Shown here: positions 9,934-18,315 of the stretch, piece after piece
Layout of the letters: each line of letters starts with the position of its first letter
Numbering within the stretch: position 1 is the first letter of the stretch
Source of the DNA: an uncultured delta proteobacterium
GTDB lineage: Bacteria; Desulfobacterota; Binatia; UBA9968
DNA: 64,000 nucleotides
NCBI GenBank assembly: GCA_963816145.1
Contig: CAWFJP010000002.1
Location: 224,001-288,000 of the forward strand
Direction of reading: 5' to 3'
Made by a program: the position numbers and the translations under genes
The notes under the pieces: generated by a model
What the model saw: the letters and a program-made list of their open reading frames with translations, nothing else
What the model was told of the DNA's origin: nothing
Database searches by the model: none

Positions 9934-10785
9934 TTAAGCCTTAGGTTGTTGGTCCCAGCTGAAAAACGGAATTGCCGGGAAGCCGGCGTCGAGTCCTTCG
10001 GCATACGATGGCTTGGCACTGTTGGCCAGCCCCATCATCATGATGAAGTTCAAATAACCGGTGGTCATATTGCCGTATTGGATGACTTTGTCCGGCGCGC
10101 AGGCTTCGGCCGCGGCGTCGATGTTGCCGTTGACGATCCAGCCGACCGCGTTGGCGTCGAAGGTGGGGTCGGTGAGCTTGGGTTCGAACATTTTCGGGCC
10201 GCCGATTTCCAGCGATAGATGGCCGCTGACCAGCACGCCGATTCTCTTGTTTGTCGGCAAACTATCGATGGCGGCACGCAGCGCTTTACCGACTTCGAAG
10301 TAGCGTTTGGGCCGCGGCATCGGCGGGGCAATGCAGTTGGTCAAGATCGGCACGATGGGGATATCCATCTCGGGACGGACGAACATCATCGGCACGATGA
10401 TCGAGTGGTCGATGGTTAACTCGTTGGAGTAGGAAAAATCGACGCCGCGGTCGAAGGCGCCTTCCATGATAGCGTCGGAGACGTCGAGATCGCCCTGAAG
10501 TTTGCACTTGGGTAAGCCAAACTCGCGCTCTTCGTCGTAGAAAGTGCCGTCGTACTGCTCCATCTTGCCGATCATGAACGCCGGCATGTTGTCCATGAAA
10601 AATTGATGCAGATGATCGTTGCCGATGCAGACAAGCACATCGACTTTGGCCTCGGCAAGTTTTTGGCGCATCATGGCGATACGTTCTTTGACTTTGGCGG
10701 CGCCGGGCGGCTGCTGCGGCTGCTGAAACAAACGCGGCATGAACGGATTGTGCGTGATGCCGATGATCGAGACGATCTGGGCCAT
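9934..10785 (-). CDS. LigB-like (class III) extradiol dioxygenase large subunit
   Basis: GITHNP, NDHLHQFF and IDHSIIVP motifs; GGAGG RBS. Confidence 0.82.
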   Translation of the reverse strand: MAQIVSIIGITHNPFMPRLFQQPQQPPGAAKVKERIAMMRQKLAEAKVDVLVCIGNDHLHQFFMDNMPAFMIGKMEQYDGTFYDEEREFGLPKCKLQGDLDVSDAIMEGAFDRGVDFSYSNELTIDHSIIVPMMFVRPEMDIPIVPILTNCIAPPMPRPKRYFEVGKALRAAIDSLPTNKRIGVLVSGHLSLEIGGPKMFEPKLTDPTFDANAVGWIVNGNIDAAAEACAPDKVIQYGNMTTGYLNFIMMMGLANSAKPSYAEGLDAGFPAIPFFSWDQQPKA

Positions 10786-10865
10786 GGTTTCCTCCTAAGA
10801 ATGGTTCAATTGTTGTTTAGCACGATGACTTGATTGTGTAAACGGCGTGAGGAATTCGGATTTGT

Positions 10866-11007
10866 CTCTCGCAAAGGCGCAAAGCTCGCAAAGGTGACGG
10901 GCCGATGCCCATCATTCCGAACGAACGTGAGGGATCCAAGAAATTTTCTCCCTGCGGTCGAAATGACAGCATTTCCGAACTTAGCGTCTTTGCGCCTTTG
11001 CGGGAGA
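10866..11007. repeat. inverted 9-bp-unit element (CGCAAAGRC family) enclosing a second palindromic element
   Basis: CTCGCAAAGGCGCAAAGCTCGCAAAG ... CTTAGCGTCTTTGCGCCTTTGCGGGAG; internal TCATTCCGAAC...GTCGAAATGAC. Confidence 0.7.
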
Positions 11008-11012
11008 AATTC

Positions 11013-11279
11013 TTAACCCTTCTCTGGTTCTAGAATCATTTTGCCGATGATCTGATTATTCTCGACGATGCGATGCGCTTCAGCGGCTTGGCTCAGAGCC
11101 ATTTTGCGGTGGGAAATCGCTCGGATTTTGCCGGCGCGCACGATGCAATCAAGGGTTCGATTGACCGATACGGAATGAACTTTGATGACGATTTCGCCGA
11201 GTGCGGCTTTCGGTTCGGCGACCTCTTCGAGGCGCATGACATCTGGCGTGCCGAATTGTCTAATGACGATGGCTTTCAT
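11013..11279 (-). pseudogene. internally deleted MDR (zeta-crystallin/quinone oxidoreductase) gene
   Basis: MDR N-terminus (MKAIVIRQFGTPDVMRLEEV...VNRTLD..VRAGK) joined in frame to an MDR C-terminus (LSQAAEAHRIVE...GKMIL); only 88 aa. Confidence 0.75.
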
Positions 11280-11317
11280 CTGAACGGGCAGCTGGCAAGT
11301 TTACAAAGACGTATTTC

Positions 11318-11398
11318 TCACCACGAAGGCACGAAGGACACGAAGGTTTCGGAAACTAAATCATTCCGAACTTCGTGCTCTTCGTGCCTTCGTGGTGA
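11318..11398. repeat. inverted 9-bp-unit element (CACGAAGRR family)
   Basis: TCACCACGAAGGCACGAAGGACACGAAG ... CTTCGTGCTCTTCGTGCCTTCGTGGTGA. Confidence 0.75.
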
Positions 11399-11559
11399 AG
11401 CTTGCGGGATGAATGGGGCAGCCAATTTTAAATTTGCAAATAAATTGCGCCTACCGCGAGGATGCTCAAGCATTGAAATACGAAGGTCATAAAATTCAAA
11501 CTTGCCCGTCTTGATCAGATCGTGCCGCTCTACTTATTACGAGTTCGCTGTCTTGCTCG

Positions 11560-12537
11560 TCAGCGCCCCATGGATTTGAAGAACCCAGACGCTTCGAGCT
11601 CGTTGTAAACCGAAGAGTCCATGAATTCTTCCGCTTTGTGACCCTTGGCCTTTGGGTCTGTTTCAAGCATCGACGCGAAAATATTATCAATCGCCTTCAC
11701 CGGCAATCTCGGCGGGCGTTCGATGAAGTTGGTCGCGTACTCATAGGAGGATTCCAAAGTCTCGCGGTCCTGCGTGCGCGTCCACTTGCCAATTGTTCGG
11801 ATAAATAGCTCCTTGTCGCGGAATAGGCGATCCACGGCTTCGCTATAGGCCATCAGAAATCGCTTTACGGTTTCGCGATCTTTTTTGATCGTCGAACGGG
11901 TCGAAACCAGGCTCGTTGTTGGATAATCGATCCCTTCCTTTGCGAAGTTGGCGAGGAGGGCGAATCCGGCTTTTTTGGCCTTGAAGTCAGCGGGTGACGA
12001 GAGAATGCCCCCCTGTATGACGCCAGCTTGCATGCCGGCAAGGATTTCCGGCTGCCCGCCCATGGCGAGAATCTTGACTTCACGATCCGGCTCCAAGCCA
12101 TATTTTTTGAGATAGGCGCGCAAACTCACGTCCGTCGACGCGCCATAGCGCGTAATTCCCAGGGCTTTGCCTTTCAGATCCTCAGTTTTTTTGATCGCCG
12201 GCTGCGTGATGAGATAGAACGACGGCACATTGACGACGCCGCCGATGACGACGATATCACCGCCCGCAAGATTGACGTTGACGATGTTACCGCCCGCGAG
12301 AGCCAAAGCGAACTCCCCGGCGATGATCGCCTGCGCCATTCGGCTGCCGCCCGCGACGTACACCGGATCGACAGTGAGACCGTACTTCTCGAAGATTTTT
12401 TCGTCCTTAGCCACATAAAAGCCGGTTTGCGTCGCGCTGATCGCGCTGTAGCCGGCGGCGATCCTTTTGGTTTGCGCCAGTGCATTGCCATGGCCAATCA
12501 ATAGCGCGAGGCTCAAAGAGACAAGAATTGGTTTCAC
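11560..12537 (-). CDS. ABC substrate-binding protein, NMT1/THI5/SsuA-like
   Basis: Signal peptide; IFEKYGL, DLKGKALGITRYG and YGLEPDREV motifs. Confidence 0.85.
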   Translation of the reverse strand: MKPILVSLSLALLIGHGNALAQTKRIAAGYSAISATQTGFYVAKDEKIFEKYGLTVDPVYVAGGSRMAQAIIAGEFALALAGGNIVNVNLAGGDIVVIGGVVNVPSFYLITQPAIKKTEDLKGKALGITRYGASTDVSLRAYLKKYGLEPDREVKILAMGGQPEILAGMQAGVIQGGILSSPADFKAKKAGFALLANFAKEGIDYPTTSLVSTRSTIKKDRETVKRFLMAYSEAVDRLFRDKELFIRTIGKWTRTQDRETLESSYEYATNFIERPPRLPVKAIDNIFASMLETDPKAKGHKAEEFMDSSVYNELEASGFFKSMGR

Positions 12538-12719
12538 GACAGACCTCCTTTATGCCCAAAACTTCAAACCGAACTTGCGTACGCGGCTTACTACCATAAT
12601 GGGTTAGTCCAGCCAATATAGCCGCTAATATTGACTCAAACCAGCGGGAATTGTATGCCAGCCGAACGCGCCGGCAACAAATTGGCGTAAATCCAGCGCA
12701 CAGGGAGATTTGGCGAACT

Positions 12720-13913
12720 ATGACTGTTGCTGACATACAGGCTGCTAGCGAAAGTTGGAACATGCGGGTGATCGGCCACCATGACTTGAACGGTCATGGC
12801 GACGGTATGCAACTGGTCAAGCACGGGCGCTATATCTATCTCGCCCACCTTGGCACTTCGCCGATGGCATTGAGCATTCTCGACGTCGCGGAACCGAGCG
12901 AGCCGCGTTTGATCACCCAGATGCCGCACGCGGATAATACCCATGCGCATAAGGTGCAGATCGTCGGCGACATTCTGATTCAAAATCAGGAACGGCCTTA
13001 CTTCGACAAATCAGTTCCTGCCAGCGTGCCCAACGAGGCGGGCATCAAAATTTATTCCATCGAAAATCCGACGCAGCCGCGCGAGATCGGTTACTTGAAA
13101 CTGCCGGGCAAGGGCGTGCACCGCATGTGGTTCAGCGACGGCAAATACGCCCATGTCGGCGCTTACCTGCCGGGCATCGAGGAGCGCGCATACTTGATCG
13201 CGGATATTTCAAATCCGACCAGTCCCAAAGAAGCGGGGCGCTGGTGGATCCCCGGCACCAAGGAAGGCGAAGCGACGCCGGCGGATTGGACGCCCTTCGC
13301 CGGTGAACATTTCTACGTCCATGGGGCGATTCCCCATGGCGACCGTGCCTACGTGGCGCTGGTAGATGCTGGCATGGCGGTCCTCGACATCTCAGACATC
13401 ACCAAGCCGAAGACCATCAGCCACATCGACTGGAGCCCGCCCTTCGGCGGTTACGCGCACACGGCATTGCCGCTGCCGGGACGAAAGCTGGTCGTGGCCG
13501 TCGATGAATCGGTTAAGTATGACTGCAATGAAGGCGAGAAGCGGGTGTGGATCATCGACGTGCGCGAAGAGCGCAATCCGGTGATCGTCAGCACCTGCCC
13601 GGTGCCGCAGGGGGATTTTTGCAGCCGTGGCCTGCGCTTCGGCCCGCATAATGTGCACGAGAACCGGCCGGGGTCGTTTCAGAGTGAAAATATTATTTTC
13701 GTGACTTACTACAACGCCGGCCTGCGCGTGTTCGACATCCGCAATCAGTATCGCCCCGAAGAAGTCGGCTTCTTCATTCCGCCGGCGCCCGAGGGTCAGA
13801 AGGCGCCGATGTTCAACGATCTTTATGTCGACACCGATGGACTCATCTATGTTACCGACAGGATCAAAGGCGGCCTGTATGTGCTGGAGTACAGCGGGCC
13901 GAAGATACAGTAG
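12720..13913 (+). CDS. LVIVD-repeat beta-propeller protein
   Basis: Repeats LSILDV.EP, YLIADISNP, MAVLDISD, VWIIDV and LRVFDI; GPHN motif. Confidence 0.8.
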   Translation: MTVADIQAASESWNMRVIGHHDLNGHGDGMQLVKHGRYIYLAHLGTSPMALSILDVAEPSEPRLITQMPHADNTHAHKVQIVGDILIQNQERPYFDKSVPASVPNEAGIKIYSIENPTQPREIGYLKLPGKGVHRMWFSDGKYAHVGAYLPGIEERAYLIADISNPTSPKEAGRWWIPGTKEGEATPADWTPFAGEHFYVHGAIPHGDRAYVALVDAGMAVLDISDITKPKTISHIDWSPPFGGYAHTALPLPGRKLVVAVDESVKYDCNEGEKRVWIIDVREERNPVIVSTCPVPQGDFCSRGLRFGPHNVHENRPGSFQSENIIFVTYYNAGLRVFDIRNQYRPEEVGFFIPPAPEGQKAPMFNDLYVDTDGLIYVTDRIKGGLYVLEYSGPKIQ

Positions 13914-14057
13914 CAAGGGGTTTTGGCTGGAAACAACGCGATGGCATTAATAACAGAAAAATGGTTGACATAGATATTTTCGATGACAAAGTAGCGCCGT
14001 TAGATTTAGGCGGTGTCGAATCGGCTTAGCGAAAAGGCTTCAAGGGAGGTTGGTGAG

Positions 14058-15089
14058 ATGAATAAATATTTGATCTTGAGAATTTGGCTTATCGTATTCA
14101 TGGCGTTTGCTGCCTGGGGCGCTGCCGTCCACGCCGCCCCGCTTGACGACTTGATTGCCGGCGCTAAAAAGGAAGGCACCATCGAGTTCTACGGTCCTTC
14201 CACCCTTGGTCCTGAGGGCGCTCAAGCGATCGTTTCCGCCTTTAACAAGAAGTATGGTTTAAACATCAAAGTGAACTTTACTCCTTCCGGTAACATGACG
14301 CGGGATACCGCAAAAGTAATTGGCCTGTCAGCGTCAGGACAACCGCCGGAATGGGATATTATGGTCGTCACGGATGCCCATCACGGCTCGCTGTGGCTGC
14401 GAAAGTTGCAGAAGCCCTTCGATTACACCAGCATCGGTGTCGACAAGCAGCGAGTTGAATACGACAGCGGCACGGTTTCGGTCGCGAACCAGTTTGCTCT
14501 GCCGACCTATAACACAAAGCTGGTTGCGGCTAAGGATGTGCCACAAAAATGGGAAGACCTGCTCGATCCAAAATGGAAGGGCAAGCTCGGCGTGATCAAC
14601 TCGACCCACCACTTTGGTCGATTAGCGGCAGGCGCCTGGGGTGACGAAAAAACCCTCGATTTCGTTAAAAAGCTCGCCGCGCAAAAGCCGCTTTTAACCC
14701 GTGCTGGAGAAATGGCCCAACGATTGATCTTAGGCGAAGTGCTGGTGTCGGCGACCTTGCAAGACAGCCAACTGCACGAAGCCAAGGAGTCCGGCGCTCC
14801 GTTGGCTTTCGCTGAGAAGGTTTCTCCGGTGGTCTCGCCCGAGTATCACGTCGGTGTGATAAAGAATGCGCCGCACCCAAACGTCGGCCATCTAATGGTG
14901 GCTTTTATGGCTTCCGCGGAAGTTCAACCCGCGTGGCTGAAGTACACCGGCCATACCTCTGCCTATGTGCCTGGAACCGCGGCTTACAAATTCGTTCAGG
15001 GCAAGCAGGTGCTTTACATGAAACAAGACCAAGCCGCTGAAGTTGACAAAATTTCGCGCCAAATCGGCAAGATCCTCGGCTTTGATTGA
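14058..15089 (+). CDS. ABC substrate-binding protein, AfuA-like
   Basis: Signal peptide; GAKKEG, WEDLLDPKWKG and APHPN motifs. Confidence 0.85.
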   Translation: MNKYLILRIWLIVFMAFAAWGAAVHAAPLDDLIAGAKKEGTIEFYGPSTLGPEGAQAIVSAFNKKYGLNIKVNFTPSGNMTRDTAKVIGLSASGQPPEWDIMVVTDAHHGSLWLRKLQKPFDYTSIGVDKQRVEYDSGTVSVANQFALPTYNTKLVAAKDVPQKWEDLLDPKWKGKLGVINSTHHFGRLAAGAWGDEKTLDFVKKLAAQKPLLTRAGEMAQRLILGEVLVSATLQDSQLHEAKESGAPLAFAEKVSPVVSPEYHVGVIKNAPHPNVGHLMVAFMASAEVQPAWLKYTGHTSAYVPGTAAYKFVQGKQVLYMKQDQAAEVDKISRQIGKILGFD

Positions 15090-15124
15090 CAACTCCGCCG
15101 CGCTGGCCTGCAGGAAGGACAGAT

Positions 15125-16885
15125 ATGAAGGTCGAGTCCCGCGCCGAATCGACGGAAGCCGCCTGGGAAGGCTGGAGCAGTTTTCTGCCCCAGCGGGTCT
15201 CGGTATTTGCCACAGGTCTCTCGGCGTTCTTGTTGCTGCTGATCGGGCTGCCGGTGTTGATGGTGATCCTCATGAGTCTTCGCACCGGCTTCCCGGGCGA
15301 GACCGTTCCCTTCACCCTGGAAAACTTCTCCACTGTTTACCTGGAGCCGCGAACCTATGAGGTGCTGTTGAATACCCTGTTCTTCGCGGTATCCAGCGTA
15401 ACCATCGCCCTTTTGATCACGGTTCCGCTTGTGTGGATTCTTATGCGGACGGATATCCCGTTCAAAAAAACCATCTATGTGTTGCTCACGGTTGGGATCC
15501 TGATCCCGGTCTTTCTGCGCACGATCGCATGGATCTTGCTGCTCAGTCCGAGGATCGGCTTGATCAACAAGTGGCTGCAACAACTCTTTGCCCTAAGCGA
15601 GCCGCCGTTCAATCTGTACAGCGTAACCGGTATGGCCTTCGTCCAGGGAGTGTCTTTCGTTCCCGGCGCGTTCTTCATGCTGGCCGCCGCCTATCGATCC
15701 ATGGACCCCTCGTTGGAAGAAGCGGCATACACTTCGGGGGTCGGCAAGCTCCGGACGTTTTTGAAAATCAATATTCCGATCACTTTGCCGGCCATTGCCG
15801 GTGTCATGGTGTACTTGTTTATGACCGCGATCGCGGTCTTTGAAGTGCCCGCAATCATCGGACTGCCGGCGCGTATTCACGTGCTTAGCTCGCTCATTTT
15901 TACCTCGACGACGCCCTCCACCGGTTTGCCGGATTACGGCATGGCGGGCGCTTATGGCGCGATCATGCTCCTGCTCGGGCTTGTGCTCGCCTATCTGTAT
16001 GTCCGATTGGTCAAGCAAGGAAAGAAGTATACGGTGATCACTGGGAGAGGGTATCGGCCGCGGGAGATCGCCCTCGGACCGTGGAAATGGGCGGCACTCG
16101 CCTTTGTTTTCTTTTATCTGTGCATCGAAGTTTTTGTCCCCTTCGCCGTGTTGTTGTGGGCCTCGGTCCTGCCTTATTTGCAATTGCCGAGCGCAGAGGC
16201 CTTGGCCAGCATGACGCTGAAACACTACCGGGAGATGCCTCAGTATGTCGGTCCGCAGCCGTTTATCAATACGTTAATCCTGATGGTAGCAGTGCCGACG
16301 CTGACGATGGTTCTCAGCGTGCTGGTTTCCTGGGTGGTGATTCGCACGCAAGTCTCGTTTCGCGGCTTGCTCGATACTCTGGCATTCATTCCTCATGCGG
16401 TGCCGGGAATCTTGATGGCGGTGGGGCTGGCTTATTTGGGCCTGGCCTATCGCGACATCTTTCCGATCTACGGCACGGTCCTGATCATTATTGTCGCGCA
16501 CACCATCAATTGGATCGCTTACGGCACGCGCACCACCAATAGCGTCATGATCCAGGTCCATCGCGAGCTCGAAGAGGCGGGCCGAGTCGCCGGCGCTTCG
16601 TCGTCACGGGTGTTGTGGAAGATAGTTTTGCCGTTGATCGCCGCGGGCGTGCTCAACAGCTGGGTCTGGATCGGCCTGTTGTCGTATCGCGAGGTGACCA
16701 TGGCGTTGACGCTCTACACGCGGGGTAACGTCGTGATTTCCACGGTGGTGTGGCAGTTCTGGGGCAGCGGCTGGGTACCGCAAGTGGCAGCCTTGGGCGT
16801 GGTCTTGATTCTTTTCGCCGCGCTGGTGGTCGGCGCCGTCCGTTTGGTGCTATCGCGCATCGGCGAGATCGGCGCCGCATCATGA
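15125..16885 (+). CDS. ABC transporter permease, FbpB-type with two TM domains
   Basis: Two EAA loops (DPSLEEAA, HRELEEAG); many TM helices; start uncertain (15086 or 15125). Confidence 0.88.
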   Translation: MKVESRAESTEAAWEGWSSFLPQRVSVFATGLSAFLLLLIGLPVLMVILMSLRTGFPGETVPFTLENFSTVYLEPRTYEVLLNTLFFAVSSVTIALLITVPLVWILMRTDIPFKKTIYVLLTVGILIPVFLRTIAWILLLSPRIGLINKWLQQLFALSEPPFNLYSVTGMAFVQGVSFVPGAFFMLAAAYRSMDPSLEEAAYTSGVGKLRTFLKINIPITLPAIAGVMVYLFMTAIAVFEVPAIIGLPARIHVLSSLIFTSTTPSTGLPDYGMAGAYGAIMLLLGLVLAYLYVRLVKQGKKYTVITGRGYRPREIALGPWKWAALAFVFFYLCIEVFVPFAVLLWASVLPYLQLPSAEALASMTLKHYREMPQYVGPQPFINTLILMVAVPTLTMVLSVLVSWVVIRTQVSFRGLLDTLAFIPHAVPGILMAVGLAYLGLAYRDIFPIYGTVLIIIVAHTINWIAYGTRTTNSVMIQVHRELEEAGRVAGASSSRVLWKIVLPLIAAGVLNSWVWIGLLSYREVTMALTLYTRGNVVISTVVWQFWGSGWVPQVAALGVVLILFAALVVGAVRLVLSRIGEIGAAS

Positions 16886-16898
16886 GACATGATGCGGC

Positions 16899-16984
16899 AT
16901 TCCAGATTCCACGATTCCAGATGGGATACCTTTGGGGTGACGGTAGTTCGAAGGATTTGGCATTTGGAATCTGTAATTTGTAAT
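16899..16984. repeat. inverted array of ~7-bp units (ATTCCAG / ATTTGGA) inside the ABC operon
   Basis: ATTCCAGATTCCACGATTCCAGAT ... ATTTGGCATTTGGAATCTGTAATTTGTAAT. Confidence 0.55.
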
Positions 16985-17005
16985 TCCGAAGGCCAGTGAG
17001 GATGA

Positions 17006-18091
17006 ATGATTAGCATCCGGGCTTTGCAAAAATCTTTTCGTGCGCAACAGGGTCGCGTCGACGCGCTCCGGTCGATCGATTTGGAAGTGGCCGAGGGCGA
17101 GTTCTGCGTTTTGCTCGGACCGAGCGGTTGCGGCAAGACGACGACCTTGCGCTGCGTCGCAGGCTTGGAGCGGCCCGATGGCGGCGAGATCGAGATCGCG
17201 GGCAAGCTGGTCAATTCTCCGGCGCGGCGTGTCTATGTGCCGACAGAACGGCGCGAGCTGGGAATGGTGTTTCAATCCTACGCCATCTGGCCGCACATGA
17301 GCGTGTTCCAAAACGTCGCTTTTCCTTTGACCCAAGGGCGCACCCGTTATTCCAAGAGCGACGTTGCCGATCGAGTCGACAAAGCGCTCAAGCGCGTTCA
17401 GCTCGACGGCCTTGGCGAGCGGCCGGCGACGGACTTGAGCGGCGGCCAGCAGCAGCGCGTGGCGATGGCCCGGGCAATGGTGACCGAGCCGAAGATACTC
17501 CTGATGGATGAGCCGCTGAGCAATCTCGACGCGCGCTTGCGCGAACAGATGCGCGTGGAATTACGAAAAATCACCAAGTCGATCGGCGTGACGGCGCTCT
17601 ATGTTACTCACGATCAGGCCGAGGCTTTGAGTCTCGGCGACCGCGTCTGTGTGATGAACGCCGGCGAGATTCTTCAAATCGCGCCGCCGCACGATGTTTA
17701 CGAAAAGCCGGCGAGTCTGTTTGTCGCGCAGTTCGTCGGCGAGATGAATTTTGTCAATGGCACGGCGGCGGCTAAGGATCGAGTGGATTCGCCGATGGGC
17801 GCGATTGCCGCGGCGGTGCCGAAGGGGATCAGCCCCGGCGCGGCCGTGACCTTGGCGATCCGACCCGAGCATGTACAAGTATACGCGGCGCCTAGTGATG
17901 GTGCTGCCAGCACCGTCGGCAAAGTGACAAGCAAAAATTATCTCGGCGACGCCGCGCTTCTGGAAGTCGAAGTGAACGGCGTGACTCTGCTCGCCAAGCT
18001 CGCCGGCGACACGGAGGTAAGCGTCGGACAGCAGGTGGCCGTGGAGTGTCCGGCGCAACGCTGGCAGGTGTTTTCGGAAAAAGAGGTTTAA
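17006..18091 (+). CDS. ABC transporter ATP-binding protein, FbpC/PotA type with TOBE domain
   Basis: GPSGCGKT Walker A, LSGGQQQR signature, LLMDEP Walker B. Confidence 0.93.
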   Translation: MISIRALQKSFRAQQGRVDALRSIDLEVAEGEFCVLLGPSGCGKTTTLRCVAGLERPDGGEIEIAGKLVNSPARRVYVPTERRELGMVFQSYAIWPHMSVFQNVAFPLTQGRTRYSKSDVADRVDKALKRVQLDGLGERPATDLSGGQQQRVAMARAMVTEPKILLMDEPLSNLDARLREQMRVELRKITKSIGVTALYVTHDQAEALSLGDRVCVMNAGEILQIAPPHDVYEKPASLFVAQFVGEMNFVNGTAAAKDRVDSPMGAIAAAVPKGISPGAAVTLAIRPEHVQVYAAPSDGAASTVGKVTSKNYLGDAALLEVEVNGVTLLAKLAGDTEVSVGQQVAVECPAQRWQVFSEKEV

Positions 18092-18315
18092 CCGCAAAAA
18101 ACGCAAATCAAAACTCTTCGTAACTCACCCGGCAAAGACACAAAGTAAGGGAAGCAAAATTTTCGAATTTAGCGTCTCTGCTTCCTGGTAGTATTAATCC
18201 GATTCAAGTTTCTATTCATCCGACACCGCACGACTCTACATACCTGCTTGCTGATTCTTGCAGTCACCTGGTGTCTATGACATAGCATTCAAATCTCGAA
18301 GCAGAAGGAAATCAC

